Origin: Dehalococcoidia bacterium
Lineage (GTDB): Bacteria; Chloroflexota; Dehalococcoidia; Bin125
DNA: 64,000 nucleotides
NCBI GenBank assembly: GCA_963663235.2
Contig: CAXXNO010000008.1
Span: forward strand, 168,103 to 232,102
Direction: 5' to 3'
The notes beneath the pieces are model-generated. The model was given only the letters and a program-made list of their open reading frames with translations. It ran no database searches and was not told the origin of the DNA. The stretch's first letter is position 1. Each line of letters begins with the position of its first letter. The position numbers and the translations under genes were made by a program. Below are positions 10,843 to 20,877 of the stretch, piece after piece.

Positions 10843-11011
10843 AGACGCGCGGACCAGCAACAGGCTCGCCGAGCCCTTTCTTCCATCTCACCGCTCCGCG
10901 TGGGTGCCCTGCAGCACTCGTCCAGGCCGAATCACCCGTGCTCGAGGTCTGACCGCCTCCCCGAACACGTCCCCACCCCCGCCACAGCTGTGGTGTCTCA
11001 CAACGTGCGGG

Positions 11012-11140
11012 TGTGGGGCGCCAAGACTGCATCTGTTCTGATCTTGAGTGCTGCCAAGGCGCACTCCTACACTCAGTCACGCCGAGAACAGAACGGGTGG
11101 ATTATTCGTGCCCCAGAGGATGGGGTTTTGGGCCGGCACA
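11012..11140. mobile_element. MITE-like element built from rve-IS ends (two stacked right ends)
   Basis: TGTGGGGCGCCAAGACTGCATC ... GATTATTCGTGCCCCAGA then GATGGGGTTTTGGGCCGGCACA; no ORF. Confidence 0.6.
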
Positions 11141-11459
11141 GGTCGCGATCCGGCTGCGGAAGGCACCCAGGCTCTCGCCGCTGGTCGGCCGCCAGTCCCA
11201 GCGGCGTCCGTCGTCGACGATGGCCGGAAGTTCCGGCGCGATGTACATGCCCAGCGGGATGGGCCCGGGGCCAAAGGGGCCGAGCCGCGTGCCGCCGACC
11301 ACCGTGCCGGTGCGATCGAGCGCGTAGTGCAGCAGGTGGTACTCCATCTCGCAAACGGCGGGGACCCGGTCCAGGTTCCAACGCGCCGCGAAGTGCCGCA
11401 CGCGCTTCTGCGCTGTATCGCGCGCCTGCGGTAGGGCGTCGATCGCGACGAGAATGGCC

Positions 11460-11612
11460 TGTGAGGCACGAAAACTCGATCGACCATCACGCGACGCGAC
11501 GGTAGACGTAATGGAGGCCGCCAAGCACGGGTTGCGCGAGGACTCGGCCATCCCTCGCAGCTGGGGTGGGACGCGGACCGCCTGGCGGCTCCAGGTTCAG
11601 TCCCTTGAGCGC
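11460..11612 (-). mobile_element. 3' remnant of an rve-type IS
   Basis: Minus strand encodes VLGGLHYVYRRVA* followed by the end sequence TGTGAGGCACGAAAACTCGATC at 11460. Confidence 0.8.
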
Positions 11613-11645
11613 TGTATCGGCCCAAAACCCTATCTGGGTCAAGCC

Positions 11646-11710
11646 TGTGGGGCACGAAAACTCCGGACGGCCGGGGCTCCTGGATGAGGATAAGGTTTTG
11701 GCACCCTACA
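11646..11710. mobile_element. 65-bp mini element of two rve-IS ends
   Basis: TGTGGGGCACGAAAAC ... GATAAGGTTTTGGCACCCTACA. Confidence 0.6.
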
Positions 11711-11756
11711 GCCAGGCTCTTGCGCCTTAGTGCACCGATTGGGAAGCAGCGAGGTG

Positions 11757-12162
11757 TTACCCGGCCGCGCCGGCCTCGGTTGCGAGTAAGCGGGCGGCGG
11801 GGCTAAACGCGGCGTGCGCGGCGGCCGCCTTGGCCGCGTCGTAGGTCGCCGAGTAGCGGCGCACCATGGCCGAGGTCGAGTGCCCGAGGAGGTATTGCAC
11901 GTCCAGCTCCCGGGCGTGGTTCCCGATCGCCCAGGTGGCGAAGGTGTGGCGGAAACGGTGGGGATTGGCGTGGACGCCGGCCCGGACCCCCAGGCGCTGG
12001 AAGAGCGTCCCCAAGAGGGACGGGTTCATCGGACGCCGCGGCTGCGTCCGCCGCGGGATGGTGAGGAACAGGGCTCCGGGGACCGCGCCGCGGAAGCGGT
12101 CGACGTAGTCCCGCAAGGCGCCGGCGGGCCCGGCGCCTTGCGGGACTACGCGCTGTTTGCGC
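11757..12162 (-). pseudogene. C-terminal fragment of a tyrosine recombinase (paralog of 29184-30143), cut by an IS
   Basis: HANPHRFRHTFATW..RELDVQYLLGHSTSAMVRRY, nearly identical to the intact integrase. Confidence 0.9.
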
Positions 12163-13277
12163 TGTGGCGGCCCAAAACCCTGTCCGGCGTCAGGGCGGCC
12201 CATCGGTAGACGTGATGCAAGCCGCCGAGGATAGGCTCGCCCACGACTCGCGTCCCAGGCCCGCCGCTTCCCCGGTCGCCGGCAGGGGGCGCTTGGTCGA
12301 GAGCTTGGTGCGGACGCGCCGCGTTGTAGAAGGCCACGTACTCGCGTAAGAGCCGACGGAGATGCCGCTCGTTGAGCACGATCACGTGGTCGAGGCACTC
12401 GCGGCGCAGCGTGCCGACGACGCGCTCGGCGATGGCATTCGCCTGGGGCGCGCGGAACGGGGTGCGGATCGTTTCGATCCCGATGCCCCGGGCACGCGGG
12501 ACGAAATCGCCACCGAACTTGGCATCGCGATCGCGGATTAGATAGTGCGGGTGCTGACCCCACGGGGTGGCTTCGCGGATCTGCTGCCAAACCCAAGCGG
12601 CCGTGGGGTGCCGCGTGACGTTCCAATACACGAGGGCGCGGCGGGCATGCGTGATCACGAAGAAGACGTGGAGCGTGCGGAACGTCAGCGTCTGCACGGT
12701 GAAGAAGTCGCAGGCCCAGATCTCGGCCGCGTGGAGCCGGAGGAAGGTGCGCCAGCTCGGCGAGGGCGCGGGTCGAGAGCCGTAGCGCTGGATCGTGGTG
12801 CGGCTCACGGAGAGCCCCAGCTGATGGAGTTCGCCCTGGATCCGTCGCGTTCCCCAGGTCGGGTTCTCGTGTCGCAGCCGCCGGATCAAGGCGATCACCG
12901 CCGGGTCGACGCGCGGGCGGCCCAGTCGGCGCACCCGACTCGTCCGACGCCAGTGGATCCGCCACACGGTCCGATGCCAGCGCACCACGGTGTCCGGCTG
13001 GACCAGGACGAGATGCCGCCGCCATGGGTGCCAGCCCCGGGCGAGGCGCGACCAGAAGCGCCGGTCCGAGCGTCGGCCGGCGGCCGCGGCGCTCGAAAAC
13101 CGCCAGTTGCTGCCGCAGGGCGAGGTTCTCCAGCACGAGATCCCGGCGATCGCGGCGGAGCAGCCGGAGCCCCAGGAGGAACAGGCGAAAGTAGAGCCAC
13201 ATGACCGATCTCCTCGGTCGGGAGGCTCAGCCTCACAGGGCCCTCGGGCAAGACGGACGGAGTTTTGGGCCAGTACA
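12163..13277 (-). mobile_element. Inverted, near-identical copy of the 8820-9933 IS (same frameshift plus one extra C at the stop)
   Basis: Reverse complement of 8820-9933; same termini. Confidence 0.93.
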
Positions 13278-13393
13278 GGGGTTTTGGCACCCTCCAGCCG
13301 GGCGGAGTAAGCTTCGGGGGCGGAGATGGCCTTACGGGTCGCGGGCTTCGTCTCCGACCGATCTCCGAAGGACTCGCTACGAGGGAGAATCTT

Positions 13394-14164
13394 ATGGGTC
13401 TGGGCGACGAGGTTCTGTTTGACGTCAGTGACGGCGTGGCAGTCATCACACTGAACCGGCCTGAAAAGTTGAATGCGTTCAACGACACGATGCTCGACGG
13501 CATGGATGCCGCATTCGACCGGATCGACCGTGATCGCAGCATTGGGGCGGCGGTGATAACCGGTAGTGGGAATCGCGCGTTCACGGCGGGCATCGACATG
13601 AATATGTTCACGGGCGGTCCCGGAGCGGCGCGGGCCTTCCTCGTGCGCCAGCTGACATCGCTCTATGACCGGGCCGTTCGGCTACGTGTGCCGATCATCG
13701 CTGCAATTGAGGGGCATGCACCGGCAACGGGGTCCGAGTTCACGATGTGCTGCAATTTGGCGTACGCGGGGCAGGGGGCAACTTTTCGCTTCGCGGACTT
13801 GGATATCGGACTGGCGTCGGCCGCGGGCATGTGGCGGGTGAGCGAGAAGCTCAGCCGGATGCGGTTCACCGAGCTCACGCTGACAAGCCGCCCGTTCAGC
13901 GCTCAGGAAGCGTACGAAATTGGTTTGCTGACTCGCGTTGTGCCGGACGGTGAAGCGCTCGCCACAAGCGTGGACGTTGCAAAGACGATCGCGGCCAAGC
14001 CCATGCTCGCACTGGAGGTAACAAAAAAGGCGCTCGACCACGGCTACGCTGATGATTGGCTCGCTTTCCTGGAGCTGCAGGAGACGACGCTCCGCTCCCA
14101 TGATTTCGAGGAAGGGGTAGCGGCCTTCTTAGAAAAGCGGGTACCTTACTTCCGCGGCCGATAG
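13394..14164 (+). CDS. Enoyl-CoA hydratase/isomerase family protein
   Basis: ITLNRPEKLNA, AFTAGID, PIIAAIEG, DFEEGVAAFLEKR; ATG at 13394 after GAGGGAG. Confidence 0.9.
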   Translation: MGLGDEVLFDVSDGVAVITLNRPEKLNAFNDTMLDGMDAAFDRIDRDRSIGAAVITGSGNRAFTAGIDMNMFTGGPGAARAFLVRQLTSLYDRAVRLRVPIIAAIEGHAPATGSEFTMCCNLAYAGQGATFRFADLDIGLASAAGMWRVSEKLSRMRFTELTLTSRPFSAQEAYEIGLLTRVVPDGEALATSVDVAKTIAAKPMLALEVTKKALDHGYADDWLAFLELQETTLRSHDFEEGVAAFLEKRVPYFRGR

Positions 14165-14251
14165 TCCAATGCGGCGAGGCGCTGGTCGACTCCAAAGCGT
14201 GTGTAGATCGCCAGCTGCTGGCGCAAGGCGAGGTTCTCGTGGACGAGGTCG

Positions 14252-14600
14252 CGCCGGGCCGGAGCAGTCCCTTGACGATCACCCCCGTCGCCGCCGAAAA
14301 GCCGCTCTCCATGACCTCCCGCCGCACGTCCGCCGTGCCCCGGTAGTTATCGGTCGTGGTGATGTAGTCGGCGGTCTTTACCACGTCGGCGCAGCTGCCA
14401 CCCGCCGCTGCCAGGATCTGCTCCATCTCCCTGAGGATCTGCCGCGTCTGCGACACGATGTCCAGCCCGACCACGTTCCTATCCTCGTCGGTGCCGGTCA
14501 TCCCAGAGATGAACCGCAGGTTCCCCTTCCGCACCGCGGGAGAGAACGTGTAACGCTCGCGCCACTGCCAGCCAGGGTTCACGACATCAGATGTGGCCAT
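14252..14600 (-). pseudogene. RidA family protein, C-terminally truncated and fused to an rve-transposase N-terminal remnant (~14197-14253)
   Basis: FSPAVRKGN.FISG, DVVKT.DY, AATGVIV..LLRPG, then RDLVHENLALRQQL in another frame. Confidence 0.75.
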
Positions 14601-14778
14601 CCTGCTCTGCTTAGTGTTTAGGCAGATCCTCCGCCAGGCCCGGTGTGCTGGTGGGTCATATAGCTACGGCAGACTGTGGGGAGGATCACCATCGACGGCC
14701 AGCGTTTTACGCTAATGCGCCCCTCAGCCTCGCGATCGCGTCCATCGATAGCCCGCAGCCCGCCGGGGGCGGAGGTCG

Positions 14779-15990
14779 CTAGCCCAGTACCCCGTTCTCT
14801 GCCAGGTCGGCCAGTTCGTCGTCGCTAAGGCCCAGTCCGGACAACACCTCGTGGGTATGCTCACCCGGCGAGGGGGCAGGACCCCGCACCGCCACGTCCG
14901 CACCCCCGATGTGAAACGGCGCTGCTAGCGTCTCGAACCGCCCCGCGACGGGGTGCACAACCGGCGCGAACGCCTTCTGGGACCGCAACTGCGGGTCGCG
15001 GATGACCTCGGGCAGCTCAGCGACCGGGGCCCAGATCATGCCGGCGGCATCCAGCCGTTCGGCCCACGTCGCCACGTCCGCCGCCGCGAAAACGGTATTG
15101 ATCTCCCGCGTCAGTTCCCGGCTCCGCTCGCGCCGCCCTTCCAGCGTGGCGTAGCGAGGGTCGGTGGCCCACCCTGAGCGACCGAGCATCTGGCAGAAGC
15201 GCGGCCAGTAGCGGTCCGGCTGCGGCATCACGAGCATGACCCACCTGCCGTCCGCGCACCGGTAGGAGTTCCAGAGCGGGTTGATGGGCTGCGTGCGGTC
15301 ATGGCGGAGCGGCTGCTGCCCGGCGACCAGCGCGGCGGCGAGGTCGGTGCCGAGGGTCCATGCGCCCGTGCCGAGCAGCGACACTTCTACCAGCTGGCCC
15401 TCGCCCGTCTGGTCACGCAAGCGCAGGGCCACCATGACCGCCGCCAGCAGGTTGAGCGTCGCCGTGTGGTCGCCATGGCCCCCGCGGCAGGGCGGTGGGG
15501 GCGAGGACGGCTCTCCCAATAGCGCCATGCTGCCGGCGCGGGCCCAGAACGCCGCGATGTCGAAACCGGGGCGGTCGGCGTCCGGTCCCTCACTGCCGTA
15601 GCCGGTGACGGACGCGTAGACGAGGCGCGGATTCGCCGCGTGAAGGGCAGCGGGCATGAGGCCGTAACGCTTCCGCCGAGACCCGAACAGGTTGGTGAGG
15701 AGGATATCGGCCGATTCGCAGAGCCGCCGCACCACTTCCGGGCCGCCGGGCCGATCGAGCGCGACAGTGACGGACCGCTTGCCCCGGTTATCCAGTTCAA
15801 AGGCGTAGTTGATCTCGAACTCGTGATCGAAGCCGAGGAGGCCCAGCGCGAAGTGGCGGTACGGATCACCTTCCGGTGGTTCGACCTTGATCACATCGGC
15901 GCCGAGGTCAGCCATGAGCGCGCCAGCACCAGGCGCCGCCAGCCAACTTGCCACCTCCACAACCCGAATGCCGTCCAGCGGAGCGACCAC
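14779..15990 (-). CDS. CaiB/BaiF family (class III) CoA-transferase
   Basis: PLDGIRVVE, ADLGADVIKVEPPEGD, NRGKRS, GPAP..GEHT; GTG start after GGAGG. Confidence 0.93.
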   Translation of the reverse strand: MVAPLDGIRVVEVASWLAAPGAGALMADLGADVIKVEPPEGDPYRHFALGLLGFDHEFEINYAFELDNRGKRSVTVALDRPGGPEVVRRLCESADILLTNLFGSRRKRYGLMPAALHAANPRLVYASVTGYGSEGPDADRPGFDIAAFWARAGSMALLGEPSSPPPPCRGGHGDHTATLNLLAAVMVALRLRDQTGEGQLVEVSLLGTGAWTLGTDLAAALVAGQQPLRHDRTQPINPLWNSYRCADGRWVMLVMPQPDRYWPRFCQMLGRSGWATDPRYATLEGRRERSRELTREINTVFAAADVATWAERLDAAGMIWAPVAELPEVIRDPQLRSQKAFAPVVHPVAGRFETLAAPFHIGGADVAVRGPAPSPGEHTHEVLSGLGLSDDELADLAENGVLG

Positions 15991-16402
15991 AGCCCCCTCC
16001 TTTTCTCTCCCAGAACGATGGGAACCGCGCGGGCGGCCCGCAATCGGTCGTGGCAATCCGTCGGTTGCAATGCTGAGAGCGACCACGCGTCTTATGCTTG
16101 TGTTTCCGCCGCGTGGGTGTCCGCGGTCGTGTCGCAGCAGCGCCGATACTCGGGAAAGCGGGCGCACACCTCGTTCAGATAGGCGCTGTTGTCCAATACT
16201 TGGTGCCTGAATGTCCCCTTCCGTCCTCGGCCACTGTCTCCAGAACCGCGAAGTCCGCCGCTTTCGCTGGGCGGATTCTAGAATCGCCGCGGCGAAGCAG
16301 GTGACCAACTCTCCCGCCAAGCATTCTTCTGCCGTCCACAGTTAGCGCTCCAGCCCTTCTGATCGGTTCCCAGCGGCCGTGTAGGCGAGCACGGGGCGCG
16401 AC

Positions 16403-17233
16403 TTACGCCAGGACTTTCTTTGAGGCCCGGTTGAGAAAGTCGATCACCGCCGCGATCGTCTGCTCCGGGCACTCGACCAGATCGGCGTGGCCAATCTCTT
16501 CGTAAACCTTGACCTCGCAGTCCGGGACGTGCTCGACCACCCACATGGCGCCCGCGCCCGACGGCGCCGCCTCCATGGGAGTGAGCATGTCCTTGGCGGC
16601 CGTGATGACGAGCGTTGGGCTCTTGATCTGACCGCAATCTTCGCGCAGGTCCATCTTCTCAATGGCTAGGATGGCCTGGACGACCGTTTCTACGGCGTTC
16701 GTGCCGACGATCTCGCGCACCGTCTCGATCAGGGCCGGCCCGTTTGGACCCTCAAGGTAGTCGGCCCCCACCGCCTGCGTGAGCACATGATCCGCAAGCT
16801 GCGGGCTGCAGCCCCAGGTTTGTACCATGTGTCGCCAGGTGCGGGCCATCATCCTGCGCATCAGGTCGCATTTGGCAAACGCGCAGTCGCTGACCACGCC
16901 GATGCACTTCTGTGGGTACTTGGCGGCGAACTTGAGTGCGATCATGCCACCGGCCGACGTCCCCATGACGTGAGCACGGTCGATATCCAACGCCTCCAGC
17001 AATGCGGCGAGGTCATCGGCCCAGAGGTCGAGCGAATAGGGCTGAAGTGGACGGTCGCTCAGGCCGTAGCCACGCTGGTCGTAGCTGATCAGCTGGAAGT
17101 GCTTGGCGAGCCCCTCCCACACCATGGCGAAGTTCTGCCGACCGAACAGGGACCCGCCGATCAGCGCCAGCGGCTCACCGGCTCCCATGAGCTCATAGTA
17201 GATATTGATTCCGTTCGCCGACACTTTCGGCAT
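16403..17233 (-). CDS. Alpha/beta fold hydrolase (enol-lactonase-like)
   Basis: YDQRGYGLSD, nucleophile GTSAGG, C-terminal GH. Confidence 0.9.
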   Translation of the reverse strand: MPKVSANGINIYYELMGAGEPLALIGGSLFGRQNFAMVWEGLAKHFQLISYDQRGYGLSDRPLQPYSLDLWADDLAALLEALDIDRAHVMGTSAGGMIALKFAAKYPQKCIGVVSDCAFAKCDLMRRMMARTWRHMVQTWGCSPQLADHVLTQAVGADYLEGPNGPALIETVREIVGTNAVETVVQAILAIEKMDLREDCGQIKSPTLVITAAKDMLTPMEAAPSGAGAMWVVEHVPDCEVKVYEEIGHADLVECPEQTIAAVIDFLNRASKKVLA

Positions 17234-17364
17234 AGCTACTTCTCCTTCCTGGCTTCGATCCTTCGAAGGTAGCGGTCAGCGGAGCGTCGCCGCGCGTCCT
17301 TCGCTCCGCGCAGGATATTCCGGCCTCACCAGCCGCCGAGAGGCGTGACCTCTCTCCCGAAGGT

Positions 17365-17455
17365 CGAGGGCCACTTCCATACCGCCGCCCAGCGCAAATC
17401 CTCCCACGGCCGCGATTACGCTACGCTCGCTCCGCTCCAGGCGTCGCATCAACCC
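17365..17455 (-). pseudogene. Internal fragment of an enoyl-CoA hydratase
   Basis: VIAAVGGFALGGGMEVAL motif only. Confidence 0.65.
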
Positions 17456-17469
17456 TGAACGAACGGATG

Positions 17470-17761
17470 AACACCACGCGGCTGCAACGATCAAGGACCA
17501 CCGCGCCTCAAACAGCGCTACTGCCCCATGCGGGGCTTCGGACGCTTTGCGCCTGCTGCCCGTTTCTGCGCCGCGTTCGAAGAGCTCCCGACAGTACTTT
17601 TGCGGCGGCAGCCGAGGAGGTGCGTACCGCCCGCTCGCGGAGCAGCGGCGGCCTCTTTTCCATCCGCTGGTGCTCCTTGCCACGAAGATGGCCGACTCAT
17701 AAACGCAACCGGCGGCCAGTGCCGTCGGCTGCGCCTCAACGCCTTGAGATCTGACACAGCC
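17470..17761 (+). mobile_element. IS6-family 3' remnant
   Basis: DHRA..QRYCPMRGFGRF..AARFCAAFEEL; degenerate IR TTGAGATCTGACACAGCC. Confidence 0.75.
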
Positions 17762-18032
17762 GGCTGATTGGGCAGATCGGATCAGGTGCCGGACTCCGAG
17801 GCCAATTCTTTCACGCCGGGCCCATGTCCAATCATTTCATGCTCGGCTACAGGTCGCACGCAGGCACCTTCCCGCGCCAGGGTCCGTAACATCGGCGGTA
17901 GCACCATTACCACCCGTCGACATCTATCAAATTCTCCCACAGCCACGCGCTCCGAGCCGTCGTACCCACCACACCCCCTCGGGCACAGGAGCGCCGTGCG
18001 CAAGTGCGCCGCAGCGCAACAATCCTCCAGCG

Positions 18033-19841
18033 CTACGCAAGGCGCATACGGCCATAATCCAGGACGTTGTCGCTCCGGTGCGTGTAGCCCGTGACGTTGC
18101 TACGCAGGATCCATGCCGGCTGCAAGGTGTTGATATAGAAGTACGGGGAGTCTTCCGCTAACCACTGCTGCGCCTCATCCCAGGCCGTTAGCGCCTCAGG
18201 TGAATCGTCGTCGCCGACAGCGATACCTCTCTGCACCGCATCCCAGTACTTCTCGAAGTTGTCGGCAGCAGGGTCGTGACCGTATCCCGGCCAATTGCCC
18301 GGCGAAAACGGCGTGGTGGAGAAGGTCAGAATGTAGGGCACCGTCTGGTAGATCGCAAAGTCGCGGACAACGTGGGGGATCGTCCCTCCAGCCGTACTAT
18401 GTGCTTCATTGAGAGCGGCCGAGGTCAATCCGACCAGATTCAGTGTTATGCCGGCATCGGCGGCAGAGTCGCGCATGAGTATCGCAACCTGCTCCTGGTC
18501 CGGCGTTGTCAAGCTGAATCCAAAATCAAATGAGAACCCGTCGGAGAACCCAGCCTCAGCAAGGAGATCTCGCGCTTTCTGGATGTCCAGCTGATATCCG
18601 CCGTAATGTTTCTCGCCCGCGTAGCCCGGAACTACAGGGGAGATGACGCCGAAGGCCCGCGATCCCCGACCCCGGTAGACCGTGTTGATGATCTCTTCGT
18701 ACGGAATGGTGTGGAGGAATGCCTGTCGGGCCCTCAAGTCGTCGAGTTCCGGTACGTCTGCACTCTTTAGTGGCCCCATGACCATCAGGTTCGTCTGCAG
18801 CGCCGGGACCTGCAACCCTTCTTCGCCCTCAGCCACTTCTTGCTCCCGCGCGAGCATCTGCTTTGCGATGTGCACATCGCCCTGTTGCACGAATGAGAGC
18901 CGTGTGGAGGACTCTGGTGCCAGCCTCCAGATCATTCGGTCGAAGTTTGGTGGGCCATGTACGTAGTTCGGGTTGGTCTTCCAGACCGCTTCATCGCCCG
19001 CGGTGAAACTCTCAAGCGAAAAGGCACCGAACCCGTGACTCTCTTGCGAGGCGAACTTCAGCGCCCACGGATCCTCCTCTGTCGCGTTCGCCTGCAGAAG
19101 CTTGCTGTCAACTATTGTCCCCCCATGCGCGTTCGCGATGCTATGGAGGAACGTCTCAAACGGGAACTCCAGGGTGAACTTGACATGGTCGTCGTCGACT
19201 CTCTGGACCCGATTGGGATCGAGATCCGGCATCGCCAGCGACACAACCATGATGAACGCGCCGATGGCGCCCACGCCGACTCTCCGCCGGAAGGTGTACA
19301 CCACGTCATCAACCGTAAACTCGTTACCCGCTGGGCTGATGACGCCCCGCTTGATTTTGAATGTGTATTCCAAGCCGTCATCGCTCACGGTGGGGAACGA
19401 TTCTGCGAGTTCCGGCTCGAAGCTGTCCGGTGTGCCCGAAAGGTCCTGTCGGTCCCAGCCCGACCCCAACGGATCCGGGATGTACTTTTGGCGGATCAAC
19501 CGTGCGCCCTGGTTGACCTGCGCTTCCTGCGTCTCGTGCTCTGCTGAGAACTCCTGGTCCAGGGTGACCATTAGAGTGGCTTGGGCGACTACGAGGTCCC
19601 TTTCCTCGTCGACCTCCGTAGGCTCAGCGGCCGGCGCGGCTTCTTGCGCGGGGGCCGCCTCGGCAGCAGTCGGTTGCTCCTCGTCGTCGTCACCGCATCC
19701 AACGATGGTCAGGCCCAGAAGGCCCGTGGCCGACGCTCCGCCCGCCTCCAACAGGTGCCGCCGCGATATCCGCTGCTTCGCTAGGGACCAGCGCGATGGG
19801 AGAGAGACTCGATCCTCGTTGCCTGGTGGTTCGTCTGTCAT
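18033..19841 (-). CDS. ABC transporter substrate-binding protein, family 5 (peptide/nickel type), Tat lipoprotein
   Basis: SRRHLL twin-arginine signal, VGCGDD lipobox, PELAES..SDDGLEYTFKI. Confidence 0.88.
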   Translation of the reverse strand: MTDEPPGNEDRVSLPSRWSLAKQRISRRHLLEAGGASATGLLGLTIVGCGDDDEEQPTAAEAAPAQEAAPAAEPTEVDEERDLVVAQATLMVTLDQEFSAEHETQEAQVNQGARLIRQKYIPDPLGSGWDRQDLSGTPDSFEPELAESFPTVSDDGLEYTFKIKRGVISPAGNEFTVDDVVYTFRRRVGVGAIGAFIMVVSLAMPDLDPNRVQRVDDDHVKFTLEFPFETFLHSIANAHGGTIVDSKLLQANATEEDPWALKFASQESHGFGAFSLESFTAGDEAVWKTNPNYVHGPPNFDRMIWRLAPESSTRLSFVQQGDVHIAKQMLAREQEVAEGEEGLQVPALQTNLMVMGPLKSADVPELDDLRARQAFLHTIPYEEIINTVYRGRGSRAFGVISPVVPGYAGEKHYGGYQLDIQKARDLLAEAGFSDGFSFDFGFSLTTPDQEQVAILMRDSAADAGITLNLVGLTSAALNEAHSTAGGTIPHVVRDFAIYQTVPYILTFSTTPFSPGNWPGYGHDPAADNFEKYWDAVQRGIAVGDDDSPEALTAWDEAQQWLAEDSPYFYINTLQPAWILRSNVTGYTHRSDNVLDYGRMRLA

Positions 19842-20339
19842 GATGGTCCGCACTCCTCCCACGGGGAATCCTAGCAGGATTGTCAAGGGCGCCGGGTGAT
19901 GGGAAGGCTCGCGTCTAGGCGGATCAGCCTGAGCTTGTCCGTCGCCGAGCAGACGCGTCTGAGGTTCGGCAAGCGTGGTTGCGCGAGCGTCGGGCCTTCG
20001 AGCATCGGCGAGCGTCCGACCTGAGAGCAACCGGCTGGCAACGTCCCCCGTACCGGACGAAGCGCCGGGAGCTTGATCAGGCGCGGCAGGGCACCAAAGT
20101 TGCTCAGGGGCATCCGGATAAGGCGGAGGAAGAGGATTGTCACAACTGTGGCGTTCTTCGCCCCTGATGGCAGTCTGTCCGAGGCACCTTCTGGCGCTCA
20201 AGGCGGGGCGTGTGCTCCTGGCGGGGAAGCGTGCGATCGCGTCGACTCGGCAGGAACGGTCCGTTGATCCGACGGTAAAGCAGTTGGATCAGCCCCGTCG
20301 AGCCGCCTACCGGAGGGAGGCAGCGATTGGCGGCCTTCG

Positions 20340-20580
20340 CAGGATCGCACAGTTTCCGCAGGGCCCGACGCTCCGTCTGTCGGATCTGCTCGCGCCTCAC
20401 GCCGAGTCCCGCCGCGACCTCCTCGCGCTTTCGCGGCCACGTCGTGGAAGCCAAAGCCATCTCACGAACCCTGCGCTGGCCGGGCGACAGCAACGCGAGG
20501 CGCTCGTCGACTTCCTGGCGCAGCGCCGCGGCCGCCGCTTTGGGGAACGGCAGCACCGACGTGTGATCGGCGACCCGCTC
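20340..20580 (-). pseudogene. Degenerate sigma-70 region 4 fragment
   Basis: LRQEV...LSP.QRRV..REEVA..LGV.REQIRQ.E..ALRKL; no regions 2/3. Confidence 0.6.
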
Positions 20581-20877
20581 CGCCAGCGCCGTCCGCTGCT
20601 CCTCGGATGGGGTGTTGGCACCTGACACCTACCTCTTGGTCGCGATACGCCCGAGCTCTTACCCGCGGACTCACGCCCAGAATTGTGGTCTCCTCTCCGG
20701 GTACCTATACTGTCGGCGCCCCCGGTCGCTCCCGGTACCGTCATGCGGCTATGTCAGACTGCAGCGGACCACACTGGAGCCGAATCCCGGACGTGCCGGA
20801 CCGCGGCCTCGGAAGCCGGTTGACCTTGGGCTGTCGGAAGATCGCCTGGTGCTGGCCGAAGTAGCGAAGGCTCCGCA

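Noticed and set aside
10989-11710. CRISPR array
   Set aside because: Repeats are degenerate, in both orientations, irregularly spaced and match IS termini; no cas genes in the window
11757-13202. 481-aa ORF suggesting a transposase-tyrosine recombinase fusion
   Set aside because: The middle is the wrong reading frame of the frameshifted IS; it joins the integrase remnant by chance at the IS end
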